DNA of 63,280 bases, the filler included, from an uncultured Methanosarcinales archaeon (lineage in GTDB: Archaea; Nanobdellota; Nanobdellia; Woesearchaeales; CAYMBN01): NCBI GenBank assembly GCA_964388715.1. It is 4 parts of 4 records of this genome, joined end to end, with 100 filler letters (N's around TTAATTAATTAA, not from the genome) between each part and the next. Parts side by side here need not be neighbours in the genome. Positions count along the whole stretch, not along the records: positions 1 to 25,677 come from CAYMBN010000014.1; 3 more parts are not named here. One strand, written 5' to 3'. Shown here piece by piece: positions 9,377 through 21,500 of this stretch. The translations under genes were made by a program, and so were the position numbers. Each line of letters begins with the position of its first letter. Positions within the stretch are counted from its first letter, which is position 1. The notes under the pieces are model-generated. The model was not told the origin of the DNA. It saw only the letters and a list, made by a program, of their open reading frames with translations, and made no database searches.

Positions 9377-9568
9377 ATGAATGGAACCGTAAAATGGTTT
9401 AATGTAAGAAAAGGTTATGGCTTCGTCGAAGGCGAAGATGGCCAAGACTATTTCGTACATATGTCAGCTGTACCTGACGGCGTTACCTTAAACGAAGGCG
9501 ACAAAGTTACTTTTGAAGCAGCTGAAACCGAACGTGGTAAACAAGCACAAAAAATAGCACTAGCATAA
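9377..9568 (+). CDS. csp: cold-shock domain protein
   Basis: GTVKWFNVRKGYGFV (RNP1) and YFVHMSA (RNP2); GGAGG SD at 9361. Confidence 0.95.
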   Translation: MNGTVKWFNVRKGYGFVEGEDGQDYFVHMSAVPDGVTLNEGDKVTFEAAETERGKQAQKIALA

Positions 9569-9658
9569 AAATAGTAAAACAAGGAATTATTTCTTTTTTT
9601 TATGATTTTTTTGATTTAATTAGAAGTATTTATATAATTTTAACATTTACATACAGCT

Positions 9659-10285
9659 ATGAATTACTCAAGATCACAAATAATCAAAAAAAGGAAATAT
9701 AGAAAAAACATCAAAGGAAGCAAGTTATCCTTATACATTTCTAATTATCCAATTATAGTTAAGTACTTAGCAAAAAGAATAGGAAACAAGAATAAAGTCC
9801 TTGCTGAACTTTGCTGTGGCATTGGTGTTACATTAGAATACATAGGAAGTTCATTCAAAAAATTAATAGGCATAGATATTAACAAGAAAATCCTAAACCA
9901 ATGTGCTGAAAACCTTAAACAAACAAAACTACTCAAAAAAACAACTTTAATCCAAGAAAATATTAACAACATCTCAACTCTAAAGAAAATAAAAGCAGAT
10001 ATTGTTATCTACGATATCCCTTATTGGTCAAACCACAAAAAAAATTTAAAAAAGAAAAACCCAAACCTGAAAACAATCATAAAAAAGATAAAAACACACA
10101 TCACAAAAAACATCTTAATTCTATGCCCACCAACATATAAATACAAAACAGTAAGAAAACAACTAGGAAAATGTGAATTCCAAGAAGTTTACATTAACAA
10201 CAAACATGATAGAAATCATATTTATTTAGGAAAACTAATAAAAAAACAAGGTATAACAATTCTCAGTATATCAAAACACCAATAA
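9659..10285 (+). CDS. class I SAM-dependent methyltransferase, Tgs1-like
   Basis: ELCCGIG motif I, IGIDIN motif II, ADIVIYDIPYW, and a C-terminus resembling Tgs1. Confidence 0.7.
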   Translation: MNYSRSQIIKKRKYRKNIKGSKLSLYISNYPIIVKYLAKRIGNKNKVLAELCCGIGVTLEYIGSSFKKLIGIDINKKILNQCAENLKQTKLLKKTTLIQENINNISTLKKIKADIVIYDIPYWSNHKKNLKKKNPNLKTIIKKIKTHITKNILILCPPTYKYKTVRKQLGKCEFQEVYINNKHDRNHIYLGKLIKKQGITILSISKHQ

Positions 10286-10583
10286 CAACCAAGATATTTA
10301 CCAATGTAAACAGAACATAAGTAAAGATTATTGGCTTTGCTTTATGTACAATACCATAAAACAACCAAAATATTGCTCCAATTAAATAAGCAAGCCATGT
10401 TATCAGAGAAACACCAACAGCACTTTTCTCAACCCATATCTTAGTAAGTTGTGGTACTGTTAATATTGGACCAAGAATACCTACCAAATAAATTGATTGA
10501 TCAATAAACCGTTTCCACTTATCAGTATGAGGATAAGGTTGTTTCCTTTTCCTTACATGATAATGATGTAATGCATGTGTCAT
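10263..10583 (-). CDS. SemiSWEET / PQ-loop family transporter
   Basis: TVPQLTKIW...GVSL.TW motif, three TM helices, W.FYG. Confidence 0.85.
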   Translation of the reverse strand: MTHALHHYHVRKRKQPYPHTDKWKRFIDQSIYLVGILGPILTVPQLTKIWVEKSAVGVSLITWLAYLIGAIFWLFYGIVHKAKPIIFTYVLFTLVNILVVIGVLIY

Positions 10584-10614
10584 AAAAAAATAAAAGAAAA
10601 ACTAGTATAAATAA

Positions 10615-11049
10615 TTAACTAATATCAACAACCTTAATCTTAAAGTTCAAAACTTTTCCAGCTAATGGATGATTAAGATCAATTGTTATCTCTTTATCAG
10701 TAACTTCTGTTATTCTTGCTGGAAACTGTTTTCCATCAGGTGTTGCTAAACCAATTACCATTCCAGCTTTTGGTTCTTGATCTTTTGGAAGTTTATCACG
10801 CGGAATCTTTTTCATCATTTCAGATTTAGATTCACCATAAGCTTCACTAGGCTGTATCTTAACATCTTTTTCCTGACCTTTTTCCATTCCAATAACAGCT
10901 TCATCAAAACCTTTGATTAATTGTCCAGAACCAACTTCAAATTCCAATGGATGAGAATGATCACCATGTGTTGAAGAATCAAAAACAGTTCCATCTTCTA
11001 ATGTTCCAGTATAATCAACTTTTACTTTATCTCCTTTCTTTATTGCCAT
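10615..11049 (-). CDS. slyD: FKBP-type peptidyl-prolyl isomerase (short SlyD-like)
   Basis: VDYTGTLEDGTVFDSS, GQLIKGFDEA and DLNHPLAGK motifs. Confidence 0.93.
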   Translation of the reverse strand: MAIKKGDKVKVDYTGTLEDGTVFDSSTHGDHSHPLEFEVGSGQLIKGFDEAVIGMEKGQEKDVKIQPSEAYGESKSEMMKKIPRDKLPKDQEPKAGMVIGLATPDGKQFPARITEVTDKEITIDLNHPLAGKVLNFKIKVVDIS

Positions 11050-11177
11050 ATTAACTCACCTATTTAACAGAAAAATAAGCAAAAAAGCCTATTCAACTGA
11101 GTTTACATAGAAAAATCAACTAATTGTATTTAAGTCTTTTGGAAAGATATATATACCAAAACAACATAAATTCCCAT

Positions 11178-12359
11178 ATGGATTACTTAATATTTTTTTT
11201 AATTGTGGTTGGAGCAGCATTTATTCTACCAGAACTAGCTAAAAAAATCCATATTCCATATGTTACAGCAATAATTATTGCAGGAATAGTCATTGGTCCA
11301 CACGCTTTTAACTTAATCAACCTAGGAGAAGCAGCTCTTTTTCTTGCATCAATTGGCGCAGTATTCTTAATGTTCACTGCAGGATTAGATGTAAAACTAT
11401 CTTCACTAAGAAGAATAAAAGAAAAGATAATTGTAATCTCAATCATAAACGGTGCAATTCCATTTGCAGTAGGATTCTACATAGGAAAATATTTTGGTTA
11501 TGATTTAATCACATCCTTAATCCTAGGTACAATCTTTATCTCTTCATCAATTGCAATCATTGTTCCTTCACTAAAAGAAGCAAAAATCATTAACACACAT
11601 TTAGGAAAATCAATCATAAGTGCAACAATATTTGAAGATACATTTTCTTTATTAATGTTAGCAGTACTTCTTCAATATGTTAATCAAAAAACAACAATCC
11701 CAATCCCACTTTACATTTTCATAATACTTGCTTCAATAATCCTACTCTCAGTATTCTTACCAAGAATAGAAAAAGCCTATATCAAACAGAAAAAAGAAAC
11801 ACAAAAACAAGATATATTTGAAAAAGAACTTAGATTTATATTCATTGTACTTGTAGTAACAGCATTATTTTTTGAATTCCTCGGCATGCATGCAATAATT
11901 GCTGGATTCCTAGTTGGGTTAATCCTCTCAGATGTAATAAAACACAGAGTCGTATACCATAAAATTCATACAATAAGTTATGGAATCTTTATTCCAATCT
12001 TTTTTTTAATAATAGGAATGAAAACAGACCTACCATTACTCTTCTCACTACAAAAATATACAATTATCACACTCTCAATAATCTTTGGATTAACCATATC
12101 CAAATTCATAAGTGGATGGTTAAGTGGTTTAATGATAGGTTTCTCAAACAAAGAAAGTCTTGTTATTGGCGCAGCAACAATACCACAATTGTCAACAACC
12201 TTAGTTGTAGCATTAGCTGCATTTGAACTTAATCTTATGGATGAAGTTCTAGTAACATCAATAATCATACTTTCAATCATTACAAGTTTACTCAGCCCAG
12301 TATTAGTAAAATTATTCCATAGAAGAATTCAAAAATCTAAAACTCCTTCGTCCTCTTAA
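11178..12359 (+). CDS. cation:proton antiporter (CPA2/Kef-like)
   Basis: About 12 TM helices; AGIVIGP, FLMFTAGLD, FED, GFLVGL and FIPIFF..IG motifs. Confidence 0.88.
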   Translation: MDYLIFFLIVVGAAFILPELAKKIHIPYVTAIIIAGIVIGPHAFNLINLGEAALFLASIGAVFLMFTAGLDVKLSSLRRIKEKIIVISIINGAIPFAVGFYIGKYFGYDLITSLILGTIFISSSIAIIVPSLKEAKIINTHLGKSIISATIFEDTFSLLMLAVLLQYVNQKTTIPIPLYIFIILASIILLSVFLPRIEKAYIKQKKETQKQDIFEKELRFIFIVLVVTALFFEFLGMHAIIAGFLVGLILSDVIKHRVVYHKIHTISYGIFIPIFFLIIGMKTDLPLLFSLQKYTIITLSIIFGLTISKFISGWLSGLMIGFSNKESLVIGAATIPQLSTTLVVALAAFELNLMDEVLVTSIIILSIITSLLSPVLVKLFHRRIQKSKTPSSS

Positions 12360-13146
12360 CTTCTAATCCACTCTCATCAACCAACTTTTTAATTTTCTCT
12401 TTAAACTCACCAAGACCTTTCCAATCAAGAATTATTAAATCACATTTAACTCTACTCCTTTTCACTGCCTGATGCAACATCTCTGAATCCAAACCATTGA
12501 GAGCATATTTTGGACAACAATGTCCAATCGCAACATCAGAATTCAACATAATTTTCTTAAAACTAGGCATATGATGCAAACCACCAATTGCAAAAGCTGT
12601 TTTATACTTTGAAATTTCTGATGTAACTAAAAACATGATAGTCTCTGCAACAATCTCACCAGCTCTTTTAATATCCCATTGTTTTTCACTACTACCAATC
12701 TCAATAAACATCATAGGTTTTTCTAGGTAAGGACCATGATGAGTACATTCTTGTATTATTTCAAAATCAAGATCATTCAGTTCATTTAACCTCACCAATG
12801 CCTTTTTCATATAACAAGGCATTGCAACACATAACTCCCTCTCCTTACCACCAAAAGAATTATCTTCACTCCAATTACCAGTCACATGCACACTCAAACT
12901 AGGGATTCCAGATTTTGCTCTATGCTTTGTCGCAAAAATAAACATGTCAGCATCAATCTGTTTGTCAATATCTTCAAAAAAAATAGTTTCTTTTTCAATA
13001 GTATATAACTTTACGTTTTGAAACTCAAATATTAGGTTTGAATCAAATGTTTCAGATATTTCTTTGAAACCATATCCTTCCAAAAATCTCTGCTTAATAT
13101 TCATGCCAGCAGGATCTTTTTTGCTTACAATAATCGCAAATTTCAT
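12337..13146 (-). CDS. dtdA: archaeal D-aminoacyl-tRNA deacylase
   Basis: SKKDPAGMNI, HRAKSG..SLSVH.TGN, ECTHHGP, FIEIGS and GGLHH motifs; start taken at MKFAIIVS. Confidence 0.92.
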   Translation of the reverse strand: MKFAIIVSKKDPAGMNIKQRFLEGYGFKEISETFDSNLIFEFQNVKLYTIEKETIFFEDIDKQIDADMFIFATKHRAKSGIPSLSVHVTGNWSEDNSFGGKERELCVAMPCYMKKALVRLNELNDLDFEIIQECTHHGPYLEKPMMFIEIGSSEKQWDIKRAGEIVAETIMFLVTSEISKYKTAFAIGGLHHMPSFKKIMLNSDVAIGHCCPKYALNGLDSEMLHQAVKRSRVKCDLIILDWKGLGEFKEKIKKLVDESGLEVKRTKEF

Positions 13147-13258
13147 GGTAAAAGTAAGAAAACAGCCATGATTAATAACTCTTTCAGAAAATATAAGTAT
13201 TTTTATAAGCAGAAACATTTATATATAAGTTAGTATTTAAATAAGTATATTAAGATAG

Positions 13259-13310
13259 AAAAAAGGCCTTCCCGACTGCTGGCTAAAAAAAGCCAGTTAG
13301 CCTTTTTTTT
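13259..13310 (+). promoter_or_regulatory. leader hairpin followed by T-run (attenuator/terminator-like)
   Basis: ctggct-aaaaaa-agccag stem enclosed by aaaaggc/gcctttt, then T8, directly upstream of the AbrB-like gene. Confidence 0.5.
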
Positions 13311-13327
13311 AAGCTAATAGCAACAGA

Positions 13328-13510
13328 ATGACAACAGAATTAAAGAGAAAACTGTATAAGCGCGGTTCTAGTTTTGAAACTACTGTTCCTATGCCACTTC
13401 TATTTGCTCTTGATAAATCAAAAAAACACCACGTAGTCTTCAAGTTTGATCCTAAGAATAACAGATGGTATGTTGAGTTTGAAGAGGTGAAAAAAAGCCA
13501 GAAAAAATAA
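13328..13510 (+). CDS. small AbrB/MazE-like DNA-binding protein
   Basis: RKLYKRGSSFETTVP...VVF pattern of swapped-hairpin proteins; 60 aa. Confidence 0.65.
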   Translation: MTTELKRKLYKRGSSFETTVPMPLLFALDKSKKHHVVFKFDPKNNRWYVEFEEVKKSQKK

Positions 13511-13521
13511 CAAAATTCATG

Positions 13522-13578
13522 CTTGTTTTTTGGCGGGAAAACAAGGCCAACATGGAGCTTGCTCCATGTTGGTTTTTT
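13522..13578 (+). terminator. tandem hairpins plus T-tract
   Basis: cttgtttt...aaaacaag stem, then perfect 12-bp inverted repeat ccaacatggagc-tt-gctccatgttgg, then tttttt. Confidence 0.65.
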
Positions 13579-13600
13579 CCTAAAAAGGAGTTGAAAAAAA

Positions 13601-14866
13601 ATGAAAATAAAAATACACGGCGCAGGACAAGAAGTTGGAAGAAGTTGTATTGAAGTTATTAGTGATGATCTTAGATTTTTATTTGATTGTGGTTTAAAAA
13701 TCTCAGAAGAAGGTTCAGAATATCCAGAGTTGTTTGATGCAGAAGAAATTGAAGCTGTATTCATAAGCCACGCACATCTTGATCATTCAGGTGCACTACC
13801 ATTATTTCAAAACAGAGGATTAAATTGTCCAGTATTTTGCACATCATTAACAAGATTACTTACAAAAATATTACTGAAAGATTCTTTACATATTCAACTT
13901 ATAAAAAATGAAAACCCAGCTTACAGAAAATCAAACATCACAAACATAATTAGTTACATGGAAAATGTCAAGTTCAACAAAAAATATCGTTTTAAAGATG
14001 TACATTATCAGTTTTTCAATGCTGGCCATATCCCAGGAAGTGCATCTGTTTTAGTTGAAACTTCTGGTAAAAGAATACTTTACACAGGAGATATTAATCT
14101 AATTGATACTGAATTACTAGACAAAGCAAACACAGATTATGGTCCTCTTGATGTAATGATCTGTGAAACAACATATGGTGATAGAGAACACCCAAATAGA
14201 GAAAAAGAAGAAAAGAATTTCATTAATGAAATCAAAAAAGCAATTGACAAAGGTGGTTCTGTAATTATTCCTGCATTTGGTGTTGACAGATCACAACAAG
14301 TTATCATGATGTTATCAAGAGAAAAATTCCCAATACCAGTTTATCTTGATGGAATGGCAAAAAAAGTTACTCAAAAATTCTTAGAAAAACCAGAATTCCT
14401 AAAACATCCACAAAAACTAAGAAAAGCATTCAAAAAAGTAACACCTGTTCAAGGATTCAAACATAGACTAGAAGTTTCTAAACAAAGAGGAATTTTTGTA
14501 ACAACCTCTGGCATGCTTGACGGTGGTCCTGTAATTGAATATCTAAAATATTTATGGCATGATCCAAACTCATCAATATTATTAACAGGTTACCAAGTTG
14601 ACGGAACAAATGGAAGATTATTGATGGACACTGGTAAAATTTTCATTGACGGACAAATGGTAAAGGTTAAATGTAATGTAAGAAAATTTGATTTTTCTGC
14701 TCATGCTGGATTAGGTAAACTAAAAAACCTCATCAAAAAAACCAAACCAAAACATCTTATACTTAACCACGGTGATCCTGACGCAATAAAGAATTTTGCA
14801 AAAGTAGCAAGAGAGTATTGTAGTGTATTTGCTCCAAAATTAGGTGATACAATTGACATATCATAA
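13601..14866 (+). CDS. MBL-fold beta-CASP ribonuclease (aCPSF2-like, no KH domains)
   Basis: GAGQEVGRSC, SHAHLDHSG, AGHIPGS, YTGD, ETTYG, TSGML.GG, FSAHA and NHGD motifs. Confidence 0.93.
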   Translation: MKIKIHGAGQEVGRSCIEVISDDLRFLFDCGLKISEEGSEYPELFDAEEIEAVFISHAHLDHSGALPLFQNRGLNCPVFCTSLTRLLTKILLKDSLHIQLIKNENPAYRKSNITNIISYMENVKFNKKYRFKDVHYQFFNAGHIPGSASVLVETSGKRILYTGDINLIDTELLDKANTDYGPLDVMICETTYGDREHPNREKEEKNFINEIKKAIDKGGSVIIPAFGVDRSQQVIMMLSREKFPIPVYLDGMAKKVTQKFLEKPEFLKHPQKLRKAFKKVTPVQGFKHRLEVSKQRGIFVTTSGMLDGGPVIEYLKYLWHDPNSSILLTGYQVDGTNGRLLMDTGKIFIDGQMVKVKCNVRKFDFSAHAGLGKLKNLIKKTKPKHLILNHGDPDAIKNFAKVAREYCSVFAPKLGDTIDIS

Positions 14867-14895
14867 TCTCTTAGAACAAAGGGAAAAAGAGGTGT

Positions 14896-14922
14896 TGAGA
14901 TCCAAGCACTGCTTGGGTCTCA
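14896..14922 (+). promoter_or_regulatory. intergenic hairpin before the surface-protein genes
   Basis: tgagatccaagca-c-tgcttgggtctca, 13-bp stem with one G-U pair. Confidence 0.55.
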
Positions 14923-14935
14923 TCCATCTAAAACA

Positions 14936-15562
14936 ATGATGAAAAACAAACTATGGATTTATGTACTCATGATTTTAGTAGTCCTAACAATAGTTAGTGC
15001 TAACACAAACAATAATCAATTAAAAGTAATACTACAAGAATCAACACAAAACATTGAAACAACCAAAGGTGAACTTATTAGAGTAAAAGTTACTGCAATT
15101 GATGAAGTAGAAGTAGAAAATGCTAAACTTTACTTAAGAAAACAAGAACAACAAGAATGGAATTCTTATGAAATGATACCTATTCAACCACCTCTTACCT
15201 CTCCAAAAAAACAAACAACAAAATACACATTTGTATATCCAGCAATTGTTACTTTCACAACTATCCTAATTGGCTTAGTAATAATTCACACAACACCTTT
15301 TTTCAAAAAACCAGAAAAAAGGAAAAAAGGAAAAAAAGCAAACCTACTATTCATAATCTTATTCATAATCCTAATAATAGGTGTTTCTGCAATTGATATT
15401 TTTGTATTTGAATATTATATTGAAAATGTAGACTCAAACATGGAATATTATGTTGAAGTCACAAATGAAATTGGAAACACAATCTCTTATGGAAACAATA
15501 CACATCCTTTTGAGATAATTGTAATTGAAGATTTAAAACAACCAGATAACACTAAAACATGA
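14936..15562 (+). CDS. secreted/membrane protein; Ig-like domain interrupted by a TM hairpin
   Basis: Signal peptide ending VSA; two hydrophobic helices separated by a Lys-rich loop; ATGA overlap with the next gene. Confidence 0.7.
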   Translation: MMKNKLWIYVLMILVVLTIVSANTNNNQLKVILQESTQNIETTKGELIRVKVTAIDEVEVENAKLYLRKQEQQEWNSYEMIPIQPPLTSPKKQTTKYTFVYPAIVTFTTILIGLVIIHTTPFFKKPEKRKKGKKANLLFIILFIILIIGVSAIDIFVFEYYIENVDSNMEYYVEVTNEIGNTISYGNNTHPFEIIVIEDLKQPDNTKT

Positions 15563-18500
15563 AATCAAAAATATATTTATGGACTTTAGTAAGTTTAATT
15601 ATAATATTTACTAGTTTAATCAGTATAACTGCTCAAACAACAGATTTAGTTGCTCATTACAAATTTGATGGAGATGTAAAAGACTCTAGTGGAAACAATA
15701 ACAATGGAGTCATCCAAGGAACATCATCATTTGTTTCAGGAAAATTTGGAAATGCAATGAATTTAGATGGAACTGGTAATAACTTTGCTAGTTTTGGAAG
15801 AACATCAAGTTTAAATTTTGGAGGAAACAAAATAACAATAGAAGCTTGGATAAAACCAACTGATGCACGAAAAAGTGGTGCTCAACGTATGATTGAGGAT
15901 CTAGACAAATATATTTTTTGGTTAATTGATGGAAATGTTTTCTTTCAGATAGTAAACTGCGCTAGTTTTTACCCAATATATAGTTTTAAAACAGAAGATA
16001 GTAACAAATGGACACATCTTGCAATAGTATATGATGGATCAACAGTTTATTTGTACATAAATGGTGAATTAAAATATAATCAAGCAAAGACTTGTACTTT
16101 ATCAACAAATGATGGCCAAAGTCCAACAATAGGTAACAGTTTTAAAGGTGCAATCGATGAAGTAAAAATATACAAAAAAGCGTTAACAGCAAGTGAAATT
16201 AAACAAAGCTTTGAAAAAACAAGCCAAACAACACAAACACAAACAACAAACACTCAAACAACCTCAACAACACCATCTCAAACAACTACAACAACACAAA
16301 CAACTCAATCAACAAGCACTCAAACAACCCAATCAACAGATACTGAGACAAAAACATTTTATGTTTCTCAAACAAGAGGATTATACAAAACCAGTTTTGG
16401 TGATCTTTTCAGTGGTCAATATTCTGGAGCAAAGATGATCACTTTACTCCAATTTGATTTAGCAGAACTAAAAGGTAAAAGTATTCAAGAAGCTACTCTT
16501 AAATTAGCTCCAAGAAGAGTATCAATACCAGTTGAAATAGGAACATTTAGAGTATTAGAAAAATGGATACCAACTGACTTAATAAATTCCCTTCAAGCAC
16601 CTTCTATGTCAAACACATATGAAAGTAAAATATTACCTTCTGTAAAAGATAAATTATACGATTTAGATATCACAAAAATGGTAAGTGGATGGGCTTCTGA
16701 AAAATATCCTAACTATGGTATTGCAATCACTAAGGTAGGTGATGTTAGTGACCATCAAACAAGATATGTTACTATTGACAAAACTACAGTAAAAGCTAAT
16801 GCAAACATAATTAGATTAGTTGTTAAATATTCAGATGCAGTTTGCACTGACAATGATAATGATGGTTATGGTACTGAAGGAAGTCAAGGATGTACAAACC
16901 AAGGTGTTGATTGTAATGATAATGACAACAGCATATACCCTGGCGCTACTGAAGCTTGTGACAATAAAAATAATGATTGTGACAGTCAAACAGATGAAGG
17001 TTGTCCTGAGTGTGGTGACAATAATTGTGAAACAGGTGAAACACAAGCTAGCTGTGCAATTGATTGTGTAGAAGAACAATTAACAATCACAGTTGATAAA
17101 GAGGAATATAAAGAAGAAGATGATGTTAAAGTTACTGTTAAAAACAATATTGATTCATCATTAAAATATTATTATGATTTTTACAAATCAGAAAATAATG
17201 AATGGAATAAAGTAAATAAACTCATTTGTCCATGTGGTTCAAGATGTACAACCACTTTACCAAGTATAAATTCACTTGAAACATTAACTATTAATTGGGA
17301 TAAGGAACAAGATAAATGTGATGGATTTGATCAAATTAGTGAACCAGTTGAAGATGGAGAATATAAAGTAGAAGTAAGAGCTAACACAAGAAAATATTTA
17401 AAACAATTCACAATCAATGCAAACCAAGCAGGAACAGAAACATTCTATCCTTCTGAAGAAGTAGGTCTTTTTAGTGAAGGCAAAGTATCACACTCTCTTT
17501 ATGCAGGAAGGTATGAAGGCAAAAAGATGATGAGTCTTCTAAGATTTGATTTATCTGAATTAAAAGATAAAAAAATAAAAAAAGCAGAACTTAAATTAAC
17601 AAAGCAGTCAAAACTTTCCAATGAAGAAGTTGGTTGTTTCAGAATAAAAGAAGATTGGGAATTAGAATCAATCACAAATGTACTTGATGCACCTGAAACA
17701 AGTGTCTTACTTGAAAGCAAAATACTCCCTAATCAAGCTGGTTTTATTCAATACTCTTTTGATATTACAGAATTAGCACAAAGATGGGTAATTAATGAAT
17801 ATAATAATTATGGAATTGCATTAACAACAACAAAAACAGAGTTTGATAATATCGGACAATATATTATATTTCAAACCAGTTCTAAAACAGAAAAACCAGA
17901 ACTAGTTATTGAATATTCATCAGATCCAGTAGAAAGATGTAAAAAAGAAACAGATAATGAATTTACAGAAGGATATTGTTGTGAAGGTCTAATAAAAGAA
18001 ATCACAAACAATGCTTACAAATGTGTCCAAGACGTATGTATTGATAATGATAATGATGGATATGGAACTAAGATAAGTAGTGTTTGTAGATTACAAGGTA
18101 TTGATTGTGATGATAATGACCCTAACATTTACCCAGGAGTTACTGAGGTTTGTGATGGAAAAGATAATAACTGTAATGGACAAACTGACGAATATCTAAG
18201 CAGAAGATGTGGAATTACAAATACAGGCAGATGCAGCTTTGGAACTCAAACCTGTAATCAAGGTGATTGGGGAGAATGTGTTGGTGGAGTTTTCCCAACT
18301 ATTGAATTAGCTGATAATCTTGACAATGATTGTAATGGTGTCATTGACAACGGTGTTACAAGATGTGAAAACAATGTTTGCGTAATTAATTCATTAAATG
18401 AATTTTCAGTTTCAAATACTATCTCAAAAAATGTTCTTTGGTCTGGTCAAAAATATAGTAATAAAATGATTAGTTTTTTCAAATTTAATTTAAGTGAATT

Positions 18501-21500
18501 AAAAGACAAAAAAATTCTAAAAGCAGAACTAACTTTAAAAACAAAAGAATTCACTAGTGATAAAGAATATCACAGTTATAGAATAATTGATAACTGGAAT
18601 TTAGATTCTATGAACACTTTATCAAATCCACCTGGTTTAAGTGAAGAATACGAAGGCTCTGTTATTCCCTCCCAAGGATATAAACAATACAAATGGGATA
18701 TTACAAACATGGTTAAAGATTGGGTTTCTGAAAAATACCCTAACTATGGTGTTGGTGTTACAATTCCAGAAATTATTGACCAGAATACACAAAAATATAT
18801 TGTTTTTTATACTAATAAACAAGATTTCCGTTCTGGACCAAAACTAATTGTAGAATACAAAACATGTAAAGATAAAGATGAAGAATTCACACAAGGCAAA
18901 TGTTGTGATGATTTAATAAAAAAACCTACTGGTAAAGCACTTGGTGAACCACAGTTTAAATGTTGTGTTTGTACTGATAATGATGAAGATGGTTATGGTA
19001 CAGAAGGTAGTGATGGTTGTATGTATGAAGCTGTTGATTGTGATGATAATAATCCTGACATTAAACCAAGTGCAGCTGAAACATGTGACAATGTAGATAA
19101 TAATTGTAATAATGAAGTTGATGAAGGTCTTTTCCTTAACTTTGGCACTGATGAAGGTGAATGTGAACTCGGATTAAAACAATGTGTACAAGGACAATGG
19201 CCTGTTATTGATGAAGGCATTACAAAAGTTGATGAGATATGTGATAGAAAAGATAATGACTGTGATGGTTCAATTGATGAAGACGCAGGATGTTCTAGTT
19301 TTGGATTAAAACTATCAGTATTAAATGATTTAACAGAAAAAGGCAATTACTGTGATTCAATCCTTGATAAAGATGCAATATTTGATGAATTCAAAGTAAT
19401 ATACCCTGGTTTAGAACAATATTACAAAAAATTAAGTGAATATCTTGTCATTAACACAACAAATATTGGAACACGTACTTTCTATTTTGGTCCTACAATA
19501 AGAGGAAATCAACGTTTTGACAGAAACACAGGATTTACAGTTGAAACAAAAATATACATGAACAAGATTAGTGGAAATGTTGCAGCAGGACCAGGATTAA
19601 ATATATGGTTAAAAGATAAAGATGGTTATGGGACCAAGCTTAGGATCAAACAAGAAAGTATTGAATTAGGTGAATTTGGAGATTATAAATGGGATGTTCC
19701 TGAAGGATTCCATGAAAATATTCATACATACAGAATTACTGTTGATCAAGATAACACTCACCTATATATTGATGGAGAATTAGTATTAACACATGAAACA
19801 AGCAAATGGGTTGTTGGAAGTAATACTGCCGCTCCTTTAATTTTCGCAACTCAATTTTCAGATGAAGAAATTATTTCATTTATTGAGTATGTAATGTATT
19901 CCAGAGAAGGTGCTTTTGCACCTAACACTGGTTATAAATTTAAGACAGAAGGAAGTGAAGAAGAATGTGATGGAATTGATAACAATTGCGATGGAATAAT
20001 TGATATGTACCCTATTGAAACACAACCTTCAAGATATTTAAGAAAAAAATGTGGTGAAACAGAAGAAGGAGAATGTCAATTAGGTTATCAAACTTGTAAT
20101 TTAGAACAAGGAGAATGGAGTGAATGTCATAGTTATATTGGACCAACAGAAGAACTATGTGATGGAAAAGATAATGATTGCAATGGACAAAATGACAATG
20201 GACTTGTACCAACAGACTGTGAATTAACAAAAGGTGTTTGTGAAAATTCTAAAAAAATATGTAGAGGTCAACATGGTTGGGTAAGAAGATGTTATTCTAG
20301 TGATAGGTTCCAATATTATGGTCCAGATTTCCAATCAATTGAAACAAAATGCGATAATCTAGATAATGACTGTGATGGTTTCACAGATGAATTATGTAAA
20401 TTTGAATTAACCAATCTAAACACAATTACAGAACAAGGAGATTATTGTGATTATTTTTATGATAAAGATTCTATCTTAGTTCTTGGTAAGTTTACAGAAA
20501 CAATATGCCATGCTTGCAAAAAACAAGGAGATTATATAATTGTCAATACCACGAGAAACTATCCAACAATATGGAGACTTGGTAAAAACATTGATCTAGA
20601 TGAAGAACAAGGATTCACATTTGAAACCAAACTTGCAGTAATGTTAGATGAAAGTGAAGAAATTGCTCGCATGTCTAGTGGACACAAAGCAGATAGAGAC
20701 AAATCATTCTTTAGTATAATGATTCGCGGTAAAAATAGATTAGGCAAAAGAATTGATATTGATAAAGAAAACCTTACCATGGATGGAGAAACATGGACAC
20801 TCCCTCCTGATTTCCACCACAAAATGCATACATATCGTTTAACATTAAACAAAGATATTGCAAAATTATACATAGATGGAGAATTAGTTTTATCACAAAC
20901 TGTCCAACAAACAAGCCATCAGATTTTTGATATACAATTAGGATCTGAAAACAAACATAACTTAATCACATGGATTGAATATATTACATTCACAAACAAA
21001 GGGACATATGCTCCTGAATCAGGTTATAAATTTAAAATTGGTAAACCAGAAATATGTGATGGTAAAGATAATAATTGTGACGGTCAAATTGATGAAGATC
21101 TAGAACAACCAAATTGTGAACTTACTGAAGGTGTTTGTGAAGGTTCAAAACAAATTTGTGGTGGTGAACAGGGATGGTTACCTTGTAATAAAATAAGTTA
21201 TGGCTCTGATTATGAAGAAATTGAAACAAAATGTGATGGAAAAGATAATGATTGTGATGGACTTGAAGATAACAACTTAAATCCACCAGTATGTGAACTT
21301 AACAAAGGTGTTTGTGAAGGAGTAGAAAGATCTTGTCTAGGCCAACAAGGATGGAGTTCTTGCAATTATGGTGAACATTATCAAGCAAGAGAAACAAAAT
21401 GTGATGGAAAAGACAATGACTGTGATGGTAACACTGATGAAGATGTTATCATACCTCCTTGTGAATTAAGCCAAGGAGTATGTGAAGGAATAACAAGAGA

